Part shown: in pieces, positions 48,841-59,483 of the stretch
Numbering within the stretch: the stretch's first letter is position 1
Layout of the letters: every line of letters starts with the position of its first letter
Source: Longimicrobiales bacterium
Lineage (GTDB): Bacteria; Gemmatimonadota; Gemmatimonadetes; Longimicrobiales; Gaopeijiaceae
Assembly (NCBI GenBank): GCA_965203485.1
Contig: OZ241892.1
Coordinates: forward strand, 1,632,001 to 1,696,000
Direction of reading: 5' to 3'
Length of the DNA stretch: 64,000 nt
The notes under the pieces: generated by a model
What the model saw: only the letters and a program-made list of their open reading frames with translations
The model's database searches: none
What the model was told of the DNA's origin: nothing
Position numbers and translations under genes: made by a program

Positions 48841-50076
48841 ATGCAGACGCTCGAAGACTCGATCTACGCCGACCACGCCGCCACGACGCCGATTCGCCCC
48901 GAAGTGGCGCGCGTCATGGCCGAGTGCCGCGACCACGCTTTCGGCAATCCGTCGAGTTCCCATCGCTGGGGCAGGTGGGCGAGGCGGCGGCTGGACGAAG
49001 CGCGAGAAGAGGCGGCAGCCGCGCTGGGCACGCGCCCCGACCGCGTCTTCTGGACGCGCGGGGGCACGGAGTCCGCGAACATCGCCGTCCTGGGCCGGAT
49101 GAGACGCGTTCGCTGGGCGGGCGACGGCCGCGGTCGGGCGGTCGCGACTTCGTCCGTGGAGCACCCGGCGGTGACCGAGGCGGCCAAGCAGGCCGAAGCG
49201 GAGGGGGCCGAGCGCATTGGCATCGCCGTCGACGACGGGGAGCTGGACATGGACGCGCTCGATCGAGCCCTGACGCGACGAACGGCGCTGGTTTCGTGCA
49301 TGTGGGTCAACAACGAGACGGGTCTTCGCCTGCCGGTGGACGAGGTCGCCGCCAGGTGCCGGCGCGCAGGCGTGCCGCTGCACAGCGACGCCGTGCAGGC
49401 CGTCGGCAAGATCCCGGTTCGCCTCGACCAGACGCCCGTGGACATGCTGACGATTGCCGGACACAAGATCTACGGCCCGCGCGCCGTCGGGGCGCTCCTG
49501 GCGCCGGCGGCCGACTTCCTGCAACCGCTTCACTACGGCGGCGGCCAGGAGCGCGGGTTGCGCCCCGGCACCGAGGACGTGGAGGGAGCCGCCGGAATGG
49601 CCGAGGCGCTGCGGCTGGCGGCGGCCGAGGCGTCCACTGAATCGGCCCGGCTCGAGGCGTTGCGGACCGCCGTGGAGTCGCGCCTGCGGCCGCGCGTGCA
49701 CGGACTGCGGATAGTGCACGCCGACCGGCCGCGTGCTCCTCACGTCTCGTCGCTGGCGATTCCCGACACCGACACGGACACGTTGTTGGCCGCCCTGGAC
49801 ATGGCAGGCGTCGCGGCGTCCTCGGGCTCGGCGTGCGCGAACGGCGCGGGCGGGCCGAGGACCGCCCGCCCGCCCAGCGCCCAACGGGAAGCGACGCTTC
49901 GCCTGAGCTTCGGGAGGCTCACCGGCGAGCGGCACGTCGATCGGATCGTAGAGTCCGTGGCTGAGGCGGCGGGGCTCGCGCGGGAAATTGGCCGGACGCC
50001 TCCGTCCGAGCTGTCCGACGACGCAACTGCGGCCCAGGCGGACGCGGGCGCGCCGGGCCGCGAGGACGGGCCGTGA
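48841..50076 (+). CDS. iscS: Cysteine desulfurase (IscS/NifS type)
   Basis: DHAATTP, GNPSS, GGTES, NNETG, DAVQ, GHKIYGP, SSGSAC; directly upstream of mnmA. Confidence 0.88.
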   Translation: MQTLEDSIYADHAATTPIRPEVARVMAECRDHAFGNPSSSHRWGRWARRRLDEAREEAAAALGTRPDRVFWTRGGTESANIAVLGRMRRVRWAGDGRGRAVATSSVEHPAVTEAAKQAEAEGAERIGIAVDDGELDMDALDRALTRRTALVSCMWVNNETGLRLPVDEVAARCRRAGVPLHSDAVQAVGKIPVRLDQTPVDMLTIAGHKIYGPRAVGALLAPAADFLQPLHYGGGQERGLRPGTEDVEGAAGMAEALRLAAAEASTESARLEALRTAVESRLRPRVHGLRIVHADRPRAPHVSSLAIPDTDTDTLLAALDMAGVAASSGSACANGAGGPRTARPPSAQREATLRLSFGRLTGERHVDRIVESVAEAAGLAREIGRTPPSELSDDATAAQADAGAPGREDGP

Positions 50077-51290
50077 CCGCAGGAACACCGGCGCGCGGGA
50101 CCGCAGGCGAACGGGTGGCGGGCAAGCCCGCATCCCGTCCCGCCCGCCGGGAACGCGTGCTCGCGGCCATGTCGGGGGGCGTCGACTCGTCGGTGGCCGC
50201 GGCGATGCTGGTGGAGGCCGGGCACGACGTCGTGGGCGCGACGATGAAGACGTTCTGCTACAGCGGCGGCGGCGCTTCAAAGACGTGCTGCGGCCTCGAC
50301 GGCATCCGCGACGCGCGACGCGTGGCCGACGTCCTGGGCATTCCTCACTACGTGTTCGACGTCGAGGAGGCGTTCACCCGCGACGTCATCGACGACTTCG
50401 TGGACGAGTACGGCCGGGGACGCACGCCGAACCCGTGCGTCCGCTGCAACTCCAACACCAAGTTTCGCGACCTGCTCGCGCGGGCGCGGGCGCTGGGGTG
50501 CGACGCCGTGGCGTCCGGCCACTACGCGAGACTCGACCTCGACGGCTCCCGCCCGCGGCTGCTGCGCGGCGCGGACGCATCCAAGGACCAAGCCTACTTC
50601 CTGTGGGCGTTGCCGACCGCCCTTCTCGGTCGCCTCCGCTTCCCGCTTGGACGCCTGACGAAGGCCCTGGTGCGGGAGCGCGCGAGGTCGCTGGGTCTCG
50701 CAACGGCCGACAAGCCCGAGTCGCAGGAAATCTGCTTCGTGCCCGAGGGCCGCTACCGCGACTTCTTGGCCACGCGCCTCCTCCCCACGCATCCGGCGCT
50801 CTCGCCGGGCCCATTGGTGGACCATGCGGGCCGGGTCGTCGGTCGCCACGACGGCTACGCAGGCTTCACTGTAGGCCAGCGCAAGAGGATCGGAGGCGGA
50901 ATGCCGGAACCGTACTACGTCCTGGAGATACGCCCCGGCGCCCGCGAGGTCGTCGTCGGTCCGAAGCGCCTGCTGTACGCGGGCGCCGTCTCGGTGGAGA
51001 ACCTCAACTGGCTGGCCCCCCCGCCCCGCGCCGGCGACCGCCTGCAGGTCCAGCTCCGCCACCGCGCGAAGGCGTTGCGCTGCCGAGTCGCGGCCCGCGA
51101 CGCCAACCGGCTGCGCCTTTCCTTGGAGGAGCCGGCCCGCGCGGCAACGCCCGGCCAGTCGGGCGTCCTGTTCGGCGGCGACGAGGTGCTGGGGGGCGGA
51201 AGAATCTGCTCTCCAGGCGAAGCCGTCGCCGTCGCGGAACCTACAGGGGCAGGAAGCGCACCAAGTCGTTGCCCAGGGCCAGCACCATGA
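50073..51290 (+). CDS. mnmA: tRNA 2-thiouridine(34) synthase MnmA
   Basis: AMSGGVDSS, TPNPCVRCN, GHYA, KDQAYFL, ESQEICF, TVGQRK, TPGQ. Confidence 0.95.
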   Translation: MTAGTPARGTAGERVAGKPASRPARRERVLAAMSGGVDSSVAAAMLVEAGHDVVGATMKTFCYSGGGASKTCCGLDGIRDARRVADVLGIPHYVFDVEEAFTRDVIDDFVDEYGRGRTPNPCVRCNSNTKFRDLLARARALGCDAVASGHYARLDLDGSRPRLLRGADASKDQAYFLWALPTALLGRLRFPLGRLTKALVRERARSLGLATADKPESQEICFVPEGRYRDFLATRLLPTHPALSPGPLVDHAGRVVGRHDGYAGFTVGQRKRIGGGMPEPYYVLEIRPGAREVVVGPKRLLYAGAVSVENLNWLAPPPRAGDRLQVQLRHRAKALRCRVAARDANRLRLSLEEPARAATPGQSGVLFGGDEVLGGGRICSPGEAVAVAEPTGAGSAPSRCPGPAP

Positions 51291-52611
51291 TGCCCACCAC
51301 GACGACGAGTCCGACTTGGCTCCAGCGGAGCCGCTGCTTGGCGGTGACTTTCTTGCCCCGCGCGGCTTCGATCGCCAGGAAGACCATGTGCCCGCCGTCC
51401 AGCACGGGGATCGGCAACATGTTCAGCACCGCCAAGTTCACGCTGAACAGCGCCATGAACCGGAGGTAGTACGGCAGTCCCGCGCGCGCTGCGTCGTTCG
51501 ACATCACGGCTATCGTGCCGATCGATCCCAAGGAGCGGGGCGACGCCTGCAACGTGACCAACGCGCCGACGAACCCGAGTATCTGCCGCGTCCTCGAGAC
51601 CGTCTCCTCGAATCCGGCGGCCACGGCGCCGGCGAGGCCCACCGGCGCGTCGACCACCCTGCCGGCGGAGCGCACGCCGAGAGAGCCCCGCATCTCTCCG
51701 GTCTCCGGGTCGCGAACCGTGGCGATCTGCACGGCGCGGACCAAGTCGTCGTCCCCCCTGGACAAGCCGACTTCCACCCGCTCTCCTCCGCGGCTTCGAA
51801 CGGTGGTGGTGAGGTCGTGCCAGCTGTGGACCGGAACCCCGTCCACCGACGCGATGCGGTCGCCCACCTCGATGCTGGCGGACTCGGCCGGCGAACCCGC
51901 GGCTACCGATCCAACGACCGGATCGATCCACGCCTCCAGCGCGCCTCGGGATGCGCCGCGCGCGAACGGATCGGCCACTACCGCTCGGCGGGCGCTGGGC
52001 GCGGCCGGCACTTCGACGTGAAACTCCGCGCTCGGTCCTTCGGTGACCACCGTCGCCGGACCCGCCGGCGCCTCCAGGAAGAACCGGCGCACCTGGCCCC
52101 ACGTCTCCGGCTCCACGCCGCCGACCCTCGCCACCTTCGCACCGGGCTCGATCCCGGCCAGTTCCTCCGTCCCGGCGGGCAGAAGCGACTCCTCCACGGC
52201 CATGACGCGCGTAGTGGCCAGATCGGGCACGCCCCAGACGACGGGCACGAACACGTAGACCGCCAAGGCGAACAGCATGTTCATGGCAACGCCGGCCGAG
52301 ATCACGAACGCCCGTGCCCACAGCGGCTGAGCGTCGAAGTCGTCGGGCCGGGGCTCGCGCGGTTCGCCGTCGCCCCCCTCCAGCCTTTCCATCATGTCGT
52401 CGTGCATGCCCTGCATCTTGACGTAGCCGCCCAACGGCACGGCCGCCAAGACGTACTCGGTGCCTCCGCGCTCGAAGCCCCAGAGGCGCGGCCCGAGTCC
52501 GACGGAAAAGCGCTCGACAGCGATGCCCACGGCCTTGGCCGCGCCGAAGTGTCCCAACTCGTGCACGAAGATGAGCACGCCCAGGAGCACCAGCGCTGCG
52601 AGTACGAGCAT
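51241..52611 (-). CDS. rseP: RIP metalloprotease RseP
   Basis: HELGH, PLGGYVKM, PDZ region, NMLPIPVLDGGH. Confidence 0.94.
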   Translation of the reverse strand: MLVLAALVLLGVLIFVHELGHFGAAKAVGIAVERFSVGLGPRLWGFERGGTEYVLAAVPLGGYVKMQGMHDDMMERLEGGDGEPREPRPDDFDAQPLWARAFVISAGVAMNMLFALAVYVFVPVVWGVPDLATTRVMAVEESLLPAGTEELAGIEPGAKVARVGGVEPETWGQVRRFFLEAPAGPATVVTEGPSAEFHVEVPAAPSARRAVVADPFARGASRGALEAWIDPVVGSVAAGSPAESASIEVGDRIASVDGVPVHSWHDLTTTVRSRGGERVEVGLSRGDDDLVRAVQIATVRDPETGEMRGSLGVRSAGRVVDAPVGLAGAVAAGFEETVSRTRQILGFVGALVTLQASPRSLGSIGTIAVMSNDAARAGLPYYLRFMALFSVNLAVLNMLPIPVLDGGHMVFLAIEAARGKKVTAKQRLRWSQVGLVVVVGIMVLALGNDLVRFLPL

Positions 52612-52626
52612 GTAGCCTCCCCCCCG

Positions 52627-53790
52627 CTATCCCGTCGCGGCCGACGCGGCCTCGACCGCCTCCGTGGCGCAACGGCGTGCCGCGCCATCGGCGCCGAGGA
52701 CCTCTTCGACGCTCCGGGCTTCCCGCCCCGTCAGCGCGTCGAGCGCCGCCCGCACCACGTCCGCCATTTCTCCAAAACTAACCTTGGCCTCCAGGAAGGC
52801 TTGGACCGCCACCTCGTTCGCGGCGTTGAAGACGGCAGGCGCGGCGCCGCCCGCCCGCCCGGCTTCGACCCCGAGTCCGAACAGCGGGAAGCGGGCCGAA
52901 TCGACCGGCTCGAATTCCAGCGGGCCGGAGCGGACTGGATCGAAGGTGCACAGCGCCGGGTCGGCGAGGCGCCGCGGCCATGTCAGCGCGTGCAGGATGG
53001 GAAGCTCCATGGTGGGCTCGCCCAACTGGGCAACCACGGAGCCGTCCGCGAACTCGACGAAGGAGTGGACGATCGACGTCGGATGCACGACGGCTTCGAT
53101 CCGGTCGTAGGGGACGCCGTACAGGTAGTGCGCCTCGATCACTTCGAGCGCCTTGTTCGCCAATGTGGCCGAATCTATGGTGATCTTGGCGCCCATGTCC
53201 CAGGTCGGATGCTTCATGGCCTCGGCGGCCGTGACGCGCTTCAGCAGCTCGCGCGGCGTGCGCCGAAACGGACCCCCGCTGGCCGTCAAGATGATTCGGC
53301 GCGCGTCCCGGGGCGCCGCCGCGCCGAGGCACTGCAGGATCGCCGAGTGCTCGCTGTCCACCGGAACCAACTCGCCGCCGCCGCGCCGCGCCGCCTCGAG
53401 GACGAACTCTCCGGCGCAAACGAGCGACTCCTTGTTGGCCAGCGCACACCGCTTGCCGGCCTCCAGCGCCGCCAGCGTGGGAGCCAATCCCGCAGCCCCC
53501 ACGATCGCGTTGACCACTACGTCCACGCCGGGAAGCGCCGCCAACGCCCGCACCGCGCCGGGGCCGCTGGTCCAGCCCGCCGAGCGGAGGTCGGGGCGGC
53601 CGTCCAGCGCCTCGGGCTGGGCCACCGCCGCGTGCGTCGCGCCGCACCGGCGCGCGATATCCTCGAGGGCGCCGACGGAACCGCCCGCCGACACCGCCAC
53701 GACATCGAACTCGCCCGGATGCCGGGCGGCCACGGCCAGCGTGGATCGACCCACGGACCCGGTGGCGCCGAGGACCGCAAGCCGCTTCAC
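52627..53790 (-). CDS. dxr: 1-deoxy-D-xylulose-5-phosphate reductoisomerase
   Basis: LGATGSVG, LANKES, PVDSEHSA, TASGGPF, HPTWDMGAKITIDSA, NAANE. Confidence 0.96.
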   Translation of the reverse strand: MKRLAVLGATGSVGRSTLAVAARHPGEFDVVAVSAGGSVGALEDIARRCGATHAAVAQPEALDGRPDLRSAGWTSGPGAVRALAALPGVDVVVNAIVGAAGLAPTLAALEAGKRCALANKESLVCAGEFVLEAARRGGGELVPVDSEHSAILQCLGAAAPRDARRIILTASGGPFRRTPRELLKRVTAAEAMKHPTWDMGAKITIDSATLANKALEVIEAHYLYGVPYDRIEAVVHPTSIVHSFVEFADGSVVAQLGEPTMELPILHALTWPRRLADPALCTFDPVRSGPLEFEPVDSARFPLFGLGVEAGRAGGAAPAVFNAANEVAVQAFLEAKVSFGEMADVVRAALDALTGREARSVEEVLGADGAARRCATEAVEAASAATG

Positions 53791-54662
53791 GCCAGCGACC
53801 GTGCCAGCAGAGCCAGACCGTACGCCGCGGGCAACGCGAAGTAGACGCCGTCGAAGCGGTCCAGCACGCCGCCGTGGCCGCCGAGAAGCGATCCCGAGTC
53901 CTTCACGCCCGCGCCTCTCTTGAAAGCGGACTCGGCCAGGTCTCCGATCTGACCTGCCGCGCCCAGCGCCAACCCGCCCGCCAGCCCGCTCCAGGGCGAG
54001 AGCGGCAGGTTGGGCAGGTCGCCGAAGGCCAAGCCCGCCGCCCATCCGGTCGCGGCCGCCGCCGCCAAGCCCGCGATGCAGCCTTCGACCGTCTTGCCCG
54101 GACTGACCCGGGGCGCCAGCCTCCTGCGGCCCGCCTTGCGCCCTACGGCATAGGCCGCGCTGTCGCCGACCCAGACCACGGCAAGCGGCAGCAGCGCCAG
54201 CAACGGACCTTCCCACGCCCCGGGGGCGCCCTCGGCCCACGTCCCCGGAAGCCCCCGCAGGAACACAGCGAACGAGAGCGTCCCGCCTGCGTAGACGGCC
54301 GCGGCGACCGCGACGCACGTGGACGCGAGCGGTTGCCCGCCGCCGTCCCAGCAGAGGGCCGCCGTCCCCGACGCCACGAGGGCCAGCGCCACGAGCAGCA
54401 CGGCCGCCGCACCGCCCCAATCCGCGAGCGCAGGCGCCGCGCCGGCCGCCACGACGAGTCCCGCGGCGCCGACGACGCCCAGCGCTCCGATTCGGCGGTC
54501 GGCCTGCCGGTCCGAAAAGAGGTGGCAGAACTCGTGCGCCGACCACGCGGCAAGCCCCGCCAGCGGAACGACCATTGCGCCGCCGCCGACGTAGACGGAC
54601 GCGACACCGACCGGAGCGCCGAGCCCCGCGATCGCCAGCCGGGAGCGCAGGTTCGCGGTCAC
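53787..54662 (-). CDS. cdsA: Phosphatidate cytidylyltransferase
   Basis: DSAAYAVG, SPGKTVEG, GDLAESAFKR, KDSG, GHGGVLDRFD. Confidence 0.92.
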   Translation of the reverse strand: MTANLRSRLAIAGLGAPVGVASVYVGGGAMVVPLAGLAAWSAHEFCHLFSDRQADRRIGALGVVGAAGLVVAAGAAPALADWGGAAAVLLVALALVASGTAALCWDGGGQPLASTCVAVAAAVYAGGTLSFAVFLRGLPGTWAEGAPGAWEGPLLALLPLAVVWVGDSAAYAVGRKAGRRRLAPRVSPGKTVEGCIAGLAAAAATGWAAGLAFGDLPNLPLSPWSGLAGGLALGAAGQIGDLAESAFKRGAGVKDSGSLLGGHGGVLDRFDGVYFALPAAYGLALLARSLA

Positions 54663-54774
54663 GCCCGGGCCGCCGAAGGGGCCGCTGCGGCCCCCGCCAC
54701 GTCGAGCCCGCGAGCTCCCGCGAGCTCCCGCGACGGCCCGTCTCCGGCGCCCGCCGGCGGCACCGGCCGGCCGC

Positions 54775-55503
54775 TCACGCTGTCGGAACGCGGCCGAAGC
54801 GGCGCTCCCGGCGCTGATAGTCCAGGATCGCTCCGTAGAGGTGCTCGCGAGTGAAGTCCGGCCAGTACGCGCCGACGACGTGCATTTCGGTGTATGCCAT
54901 CTGCCAGAGCATGAAGTTGCTGACCCGCTGCTCGCCGGACGTGCGAATGAGCAGATCGGGATCGGGAACGCCCCGAGTGAGCAACGAGGCGGAGAACAGG
55001 CCGGCGTCGATCTCGCGGTGGTCCAGCGTGCCCGCGGCCACGCGGCCGGCCAACGCCCTGGCCGCCGCAACGATCTCCTCGCGGCCTCCGTACGACACCA
55101 TGAGGTTGAGCTGTAGCGCCGTCCCTCCTCTCGTTGCGGCTTCGATGCGCCCGACGGCGGCCTGGGACAACGCGTCCAGCCGCTCCGTCTCGCCCAGCAC
55201 CCGCACCTCGACGCCTTGCTCGACGAGGGCGCGCCGCTCCTTCTCGGCGTAGACCTGCAACACTCCCATCAGGGCCGCCACTTCGGCCTTGGGACGGTCC
55301 CAGTTGTCCGTGGAGAAGGCGTAGAGAGTGAGGATCCGCACGCCAGCGTCGCAACAACCGGCGACCGTCTCGCGGACGGCCGCCATCCCGTGGCGGTGGC
55401 CCAGGGTTCGCGGCAGGCCTCGTTCCTGCGCCCACCGCCCGTTGCCGTCCATGATCACGGCGACGTGGCGGGGGACGTCTCCGGCGGCCCGGACGCGAAG
55501 CAA
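54775..55503 (-). CDS. uppS: Undecaprenyl diphosphate synthase (start uncertain)
   Basis: HVAVIMDGNGRWA, YAFSTDNW, YGGREEI, DLLIRTSGEQRVSNFMLWQ. Confidence 0.95.
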   Translation of the reverse strand: MLRVRAAGDVPRHVAVIMDGNGRWAQERGLPRTLGHRHGMAAVRETVAGCCDAGVRILTLYAFSTDNWDRPKAEVAALMGVLQVYAEKERRALVEQGVEVRVLGETERLDALSQAAVGRIEAATRGGTALQLNLMVSYGGREEIVAAARALAGRVAAGTLDHREIDAGLFSASLLTRGVPDPDLLIRTSGEQRVSNFMLWQMAYTEMHVVGAYWPDFTREHLYGAILDYQRRERRFGRVPTA

Positions 55504-55523
55504 GCCCTCAGACGGCGAGTCCT

Positions 55524-56075
55524 TCAGATCGCCATCACCTCCTTCGTCTTGCGTTCAAGCAGATCGCCGATCTTGTCGCCGTGCTCGCGGGTCAGCTTCT
55601 GCACTTCGTCCAAGAGCCGCTTGGCTTCGTCTTCGCCGATCTCGCCGTCCTTCGACTGCGTCTTGACCGCGTCGTTCGCGGCGTGCCGGGCATGGCGCAC
55701 CGACACGCGGCCGTCTTCGGCCATCTTGTTGAGCAGGCGAACGAATTCCCTGCGGCGCTCCTCGCTCAGCGGCGGGACGGGCACGCGGACGAGGCTGCCG
55801 TCGTTCGACGGATTCAGTCCCAGATCCGCGGACGCGATCGCCTTCTCGACGGCTTGCGTCAGAGACGGATCGAAGGGCATGACCGCCAGCAACGACGGCT
55901 CGGGAGCCGTTACGGTGGCCACTTGGTTGAGCGGCATCCGTCCACCGTAAGCCGGCACCACGACCGTGTCGAGCAGAGCGGGAACGGCCTTCCCCGTCCG
56001 GACGGTGGCGAACTCGCGGCCCACCGCCTCGACCGCCTCCCGCATCCGTTGCCTAGCCTGTGCCAGAACCGACAT
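55524..56075 (-). CDS. frr: Ribosome recycling factor
   Basis: VRTGKA, LGLNPSNDG, PPLSEERRRE. Confidence 0.95.
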   Translation of the reverse strand: MSVLAQARQRMREAVEAVGREFATVRTGKAVPALLDTVVVPAYGGRMPLNQVATVTAPEPSLLAVMPFDPSLTQAVEKAIASADLGLNPSNDGSLVRVPVPPLSEERRREFVRLLNKMAEDGRVSVRHARHAANDAVKTQSKDGEIGEDEAKRLLDEVQKLTREHGDKIGDLLERKTKEVMAI

Positions 56076-56141
56076 TGGCGCGCTCCATCAGCGGCTGGCC
56101 GCAAGGCCGCCTGTTTCGCAGACCCGAGGACGCGCGCGTCC

Positions 56142-56864
56142 TCACGACACGAGCGTTCCGACGCGTTCTCCGCAGATTGCGTCGCGCACGGCGCCGGCAT
56201 CCTCCAAATTGAGCACAATAATGGGAAGCTCGTTCTCGCGGCAAAGCGCCACCGCCGCGGCGTCGATGACGCGAAGGTCTCGGGCCACCACCTCCTGGAA
56301 GGTGATGTCCTCCACGAAGGCGGCCGACGGATCGTGCGCCGGATCGGCCGTGAACACGCCCGCCACCTTCGTCGCCTTGATCACGACTTCCGCTCCCACC
56401 TCGATCGCCCGGAGCACGGCCCCCGTGTCCGTCGAGAAGTAGGGGTTGCCCGTGCCGCCCGCGAAGATGACCACCCTTCCCTTCTCAAGGTGCCGCACCG
56501 CGCGGCGGCGAATGTAGGGCTCGGCGACCTGCTCCATCCGGATGGCCGTCATGACCCGCGTGTCCACCCTCTTCTTCTCCAGCAGGTCCTGCACGGCGAG
56601 CGCGTTGATGATCGTCGCGAGCATCCCCATGTAGTCGGCCGACACTCGGTCCATCCCGTCTTGGCTGGCCACCGCTCCGCGCACGATGTTGCCGCCCCCG
56701 ATCACCAGCCCGAGCGCAACGCCCAGCTCGTGAATGGCGCGCACCTCGTCGGTGATGCGGTCCACGACGGCCGGATCGACGCCGAATCCGGCCTGTCCGG
56801 CCAAAGACTCGCCGGACAACTTGAGAAGGACGCGCCTGTACCGGGGACCCGCCGTCTCGCTCAC
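56142..56864 (-). CDS. pyrH: UMP kinase
   Basis: RVLLKLSGE, GGGNI, DYMGMLAT, GNPYFSTD. Confidence 0.96.
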   Translation of the reverse strand: MSETAGPRYRRVLLKLSGESLAGQAGFGVDPAVVDRITDEVRAIHELGVALGLVIGGGNIVRGAVASQDGMDRVSADYMGMLATIINALAVQDLLEKKRVDTRVMTAIRMEQVAEPYIRRRAVRHLEKGRVVIFAGGTGNPYFSTDTGAVLRAIEVGAEVVIKATKVAGVFTADPAHDPSAAFVEDITFQEVVARDLRVIDAAAVALCRENELPIIVLNLEDAGAVRDAICGERVGTLVS

Positions 56865-56881
56865 CGGGGGCGCTCCGCCGG

Positions 56882-57475
56882 TCAGGCCCCCACGCGAAAA
56901 CGCGCGAACCGCGCCACCGCGATCTTCTCGCCCGTGCGCGCGGACACCTCCGTTACCAGTTCGCGGACCGTCCGGCCGGGGTCCTTGACGAAGGGCTGCT
57001 CCATCAATACGCGTTCCCTGAAGAACTTCGCCAGCTTGCCTTCCACGATGCGGTTGCGCATCCGCTCGGGCTTGCCCTCGTCCGCTACCTGTTCCTCGTA
57101 GACGCGCCGTTCGCGCTGCACAACCTCCTCGGCCACCTCTTCGGTGCGCACGGCGATGGGGTCCGCCGCCGCCACGTGCATCGCCAAGTCGCGGGCCAGA
57201 GCGCGAAAGTCGTCCGTGTTGGCCACGAAGTCCGTCTCGCAATTGAGTTCGACCAGCGTGCCGATGCGACCCCCGTGGTGGACGTAGCTGGCCACGACGC
57301 CTTCCCCAACCGCGCGGCCCGACCGCTCGGCAACCTTCGCCGCGCCCTTGCTCCGCAGGTGGTCGACAGCCTTTTCGAAGTCGCCGCCGGTCTCCTGGAG
57401 CGCTCGCTTGCAGTCCATCATCCCGGCCCCCGTGCGGTCGCGCAAGGACTTGACTGTCGACGCCTCTATCGGCAT
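56882..57475 (-). CDS. tsf: Elongation factor Ts (short, 197 aa)
   Basis: LRDRTGAGMMDCK, ELNCETDFVA, LMEQPFVKD. Confidence 0.95.
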   Translation of the reverse strand: MPIEASTVKSLRDRTGAGMMDCKRALQETGGDFEKAVDHLRSKGAAKVAERSGRAVGEGVVASYVHHGGRIGTLVELNCETDFVANTDDFRALARDLAMHVAAADPIAVRTEEVAEEVVQRERRVYEEQVADEGKPERMRNRIVEGKLAKFFRERVLMEQPFVKDPGRTVRELVTEVSARTGEKIAVARFARFRVGA

Positions 57476-57580
57476 CGCAACGCTCCAGCCGCCCTCGGCG
57501 GGATTCGCGTCTCGGGAGCGGGAGCCTTCCGGAGCCGTCCTCGGGCGGGTGCGCACCCGGGACACGCGGCCGCGGCCGAC

Positions 57581-58642
57581 CTACTCCGCACCGGACGAGG
57601 CGGACCCGGCCGCCGCCTTCTCGCCGGCCGCCGGCTTTGCCGCCGCGTCCCCGGTCTTCGCCGGCCGGTCGTTCTCGCCGCCCGCCGCGCCCAGCACTTG
57701 CGCGATGGCTTCGGGGCGCGGCCGCCGCCGCTTGCGCTTCCGCATGCGCCGCGGCTCCCGTCCGTCCGCCGACTTCTCGCCGGTCTCCGTGGAGTAAGTG
57801 GTCGCTTCCAGATCGGCCTGCCGCTTCAGATGCTCGTCCGGAACATCCTGGCGCGCCGCGGCGATCGTCTCGGCGATGGCTCCCATGATGAGGCTGACGG
57901 AGCGAATCGCGTCGTCGTTGCCCGGAATCGGATAGTCGATGAGGTCCGGGTCCACGTTCGTGTCGGCGATCGCGATCACCGGTATGCCCATCCGGTGCGC
58001 CTCCCGTACGCCGATGATCTCGCGCTTGGCGTCGACGACGACGACGGCGCCCGGCAAGCGAGCCATGTCGCGCACGCCCTGGAAGTACTTCTCCAGCTTG
58101 AGCCGCTCCCGGTCGAGCAGAAGCCGCTCCTTCTTCGTGTAGAACTCGAACGCGTTTTCCTCCTGGCCCCGCTCGAGCTCCCTCATGCGCCTGATCTGCC
58201 GCCGGATCGTGCGGAAGTTCGTCAGCATGCCACCCAGCCACCGCTCGGTCACGAAGAGCGCCCCGCAACCAGCGGCGTGCTCCTCCACGATGCGGCGCAA
58301 CTGGCGCTTGGTGGACAAGAAGAGGATGCGCTCGCCTCCCAGCACGGTGCGGCGCACGACGCCCAGGGCCGTGTTGAGGCGGTCCAGGGTCTTGCGGAGG
58401 TCGACGATGTGGATCCCGTTGCGCTCGCCGAAGATGTACGGGCGCATCTTGGGGTTCCACCGGCGCGTCTGGTGGCCGAAGTGAACGCCCGCCTCGAGCA
58501 GCTCCCTGAGGCCGACGCTCGGCCCGGCCTGCTTCGGCGGCACGCGGTCGTCCGCTACCGGCCGCGCGCGCTCCGTCCCGGCTGCAGGACGAACAGCCGA
58601 TGCGCCGTCCGCCGCGGCCACCGACACCCCTTCCTTGCTCAT
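57581..58642 (-). CDS. rpsB: 30S ribosomal protein S2
   Basis: [38 protein letters not shown]. Confidence 0.96.
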   Translation of the reverse strand: MSKEGVSVAAADGASAVRPAAGTERARPVADDRVPPKQAGPSVGLRELLEAGVHFGHQTRRWNPKMRPYIFGERNGIHIVDLRKTLDRLNTALGVVRRTVLGGERILFLSTKRQLRRIVEEHAAGCGALFVTERWLGGMLTNFRTIRRQIRRMRELERGQEENAFEFYTKKERLLLDRERLKLEKYFQGVRDMARLPGAVVVVDAKREIIGVREAHRMGIPVIAIADTNVDPDLIDYPIPGNDDAIRSVSLIMGAIAETIAAARQDVPDEHLKRQADLEATTYSTETGEKSADGREPRRMRKRKRRRPRPEAIAQVLGAAGGENDRPAKTGDAAAKPAAGEKAAAGSASSGAE

Positions 58643-59055
58643 CGCTTGCTGAACTGGAAGCGCTTGCGCGCCTTGGGACGCCCGGGCTTCTTGCGTTCGA
58701 CGCGGCGCGGGTCCCGGGTGAGCATGCCGCTCTCGCGGAAAGCGCGTCTCTCGTCTTCGCCGATCGTGGAGAGAGCGCGCGCCAAGCCCATCCGCACGGC
58801 GTCGGCTTGCCCGGTCAGTCCGCCGCCGCGCACGCGGACCAACACGTCGAAGCTTTCCCGGGGTCCAGCCACTTCAAACGGCTCCTCAGCCCGCATCCGG
58901 TGGGCGGGCCGGGGGAAGTAGTCGTCAAGCTCACGTCCGTTGATCGTCCACTTGCCGTTGCCGGGCCGAAGCGCCACCCGGGCCACCGCCGCCTTGCGAC
59001 GGCCCACGCGGCTGACCCTGCCCGCGAACGGCCCGCGCTGCTCCTCGCCGCTCAC
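58639..59055 (-). CDS. rpsI: 30S ribosomal protein S9
   Basis: [32 protein letters not shown]...FQFSKR. Confidence 0.96.
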   Translation of the reverse strand: MSGEEQRGPFAGRVSRVGRRKAAVARVALRPGNGKWTINGRELDDYFPRPAHRMRAEEPFEVAGPRESFDVLVRVRGGGLTGQADAVRMGLARALSTIGEDERRAFRESGMLTRDPRRVERKKPGRPKARKRFQFSKR

Positions 59056-59483
59056 AGCTCGAGCGGCCGAGGCCGCTGGCCGACGTGCGGATGCGCTTCG
59101 CCGGCGTAGACCTTGAGCTTCCGGCGCATCTGCCGCCCCAGCTTGTTCTTCGGCAACATGCCCCGCACCGCCAGCTCGATCACGCGGTCCGGGAACCTCT
59201 CGATCATGGTGCGGAACGGAACATGCTTGTCCCCACCCATGAATCCGGAGTGGCGGAAGTACGTCTTGGTCTCGGCCTTGCGGCCCGTCAGCCGGACCTT
59301 GGACGCGTTGACGACCACGACGTAGTCGCCGGTGTCCAGATGGGGCGTGTAGAGGGGCTTGTGCTTGCCGCGCAGAATGCGGGCCACCTCGCTGGCCAGC
59401 CTGCCCAAGGGCTTGCCCGCCGCGTCGGCAACCCACCATGCACGAGCGATTTCGGCCGGCTTCGGGGTGATGGTCTTGGTCAA
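59052..59483 (-). CDS. rplM: 50S ribosomal protein L13
   Basis: [38 protein letters not shown] start inferred. Confidence 0.95.
   Translation of the reverse strand: MTKTITPKPAEIARAWWVADAAGKPLGRLASEVARILRGKHKPLYTPHLDTGDYVVVVNASKVRLTGRKAETKTYFRHSGFMGGDKHVPFRTMIERFPDRVIELAVRGMLPKNKLGRQMRRKLKVYAGEAHPHVGQRPRPLEL

Noticed and set aside
54707..54733. Tandem CCCGCGAGCT x2.7 between uppS and cdsA
   Set aside because: Short GC-rich slippage repeat with no evidence of function
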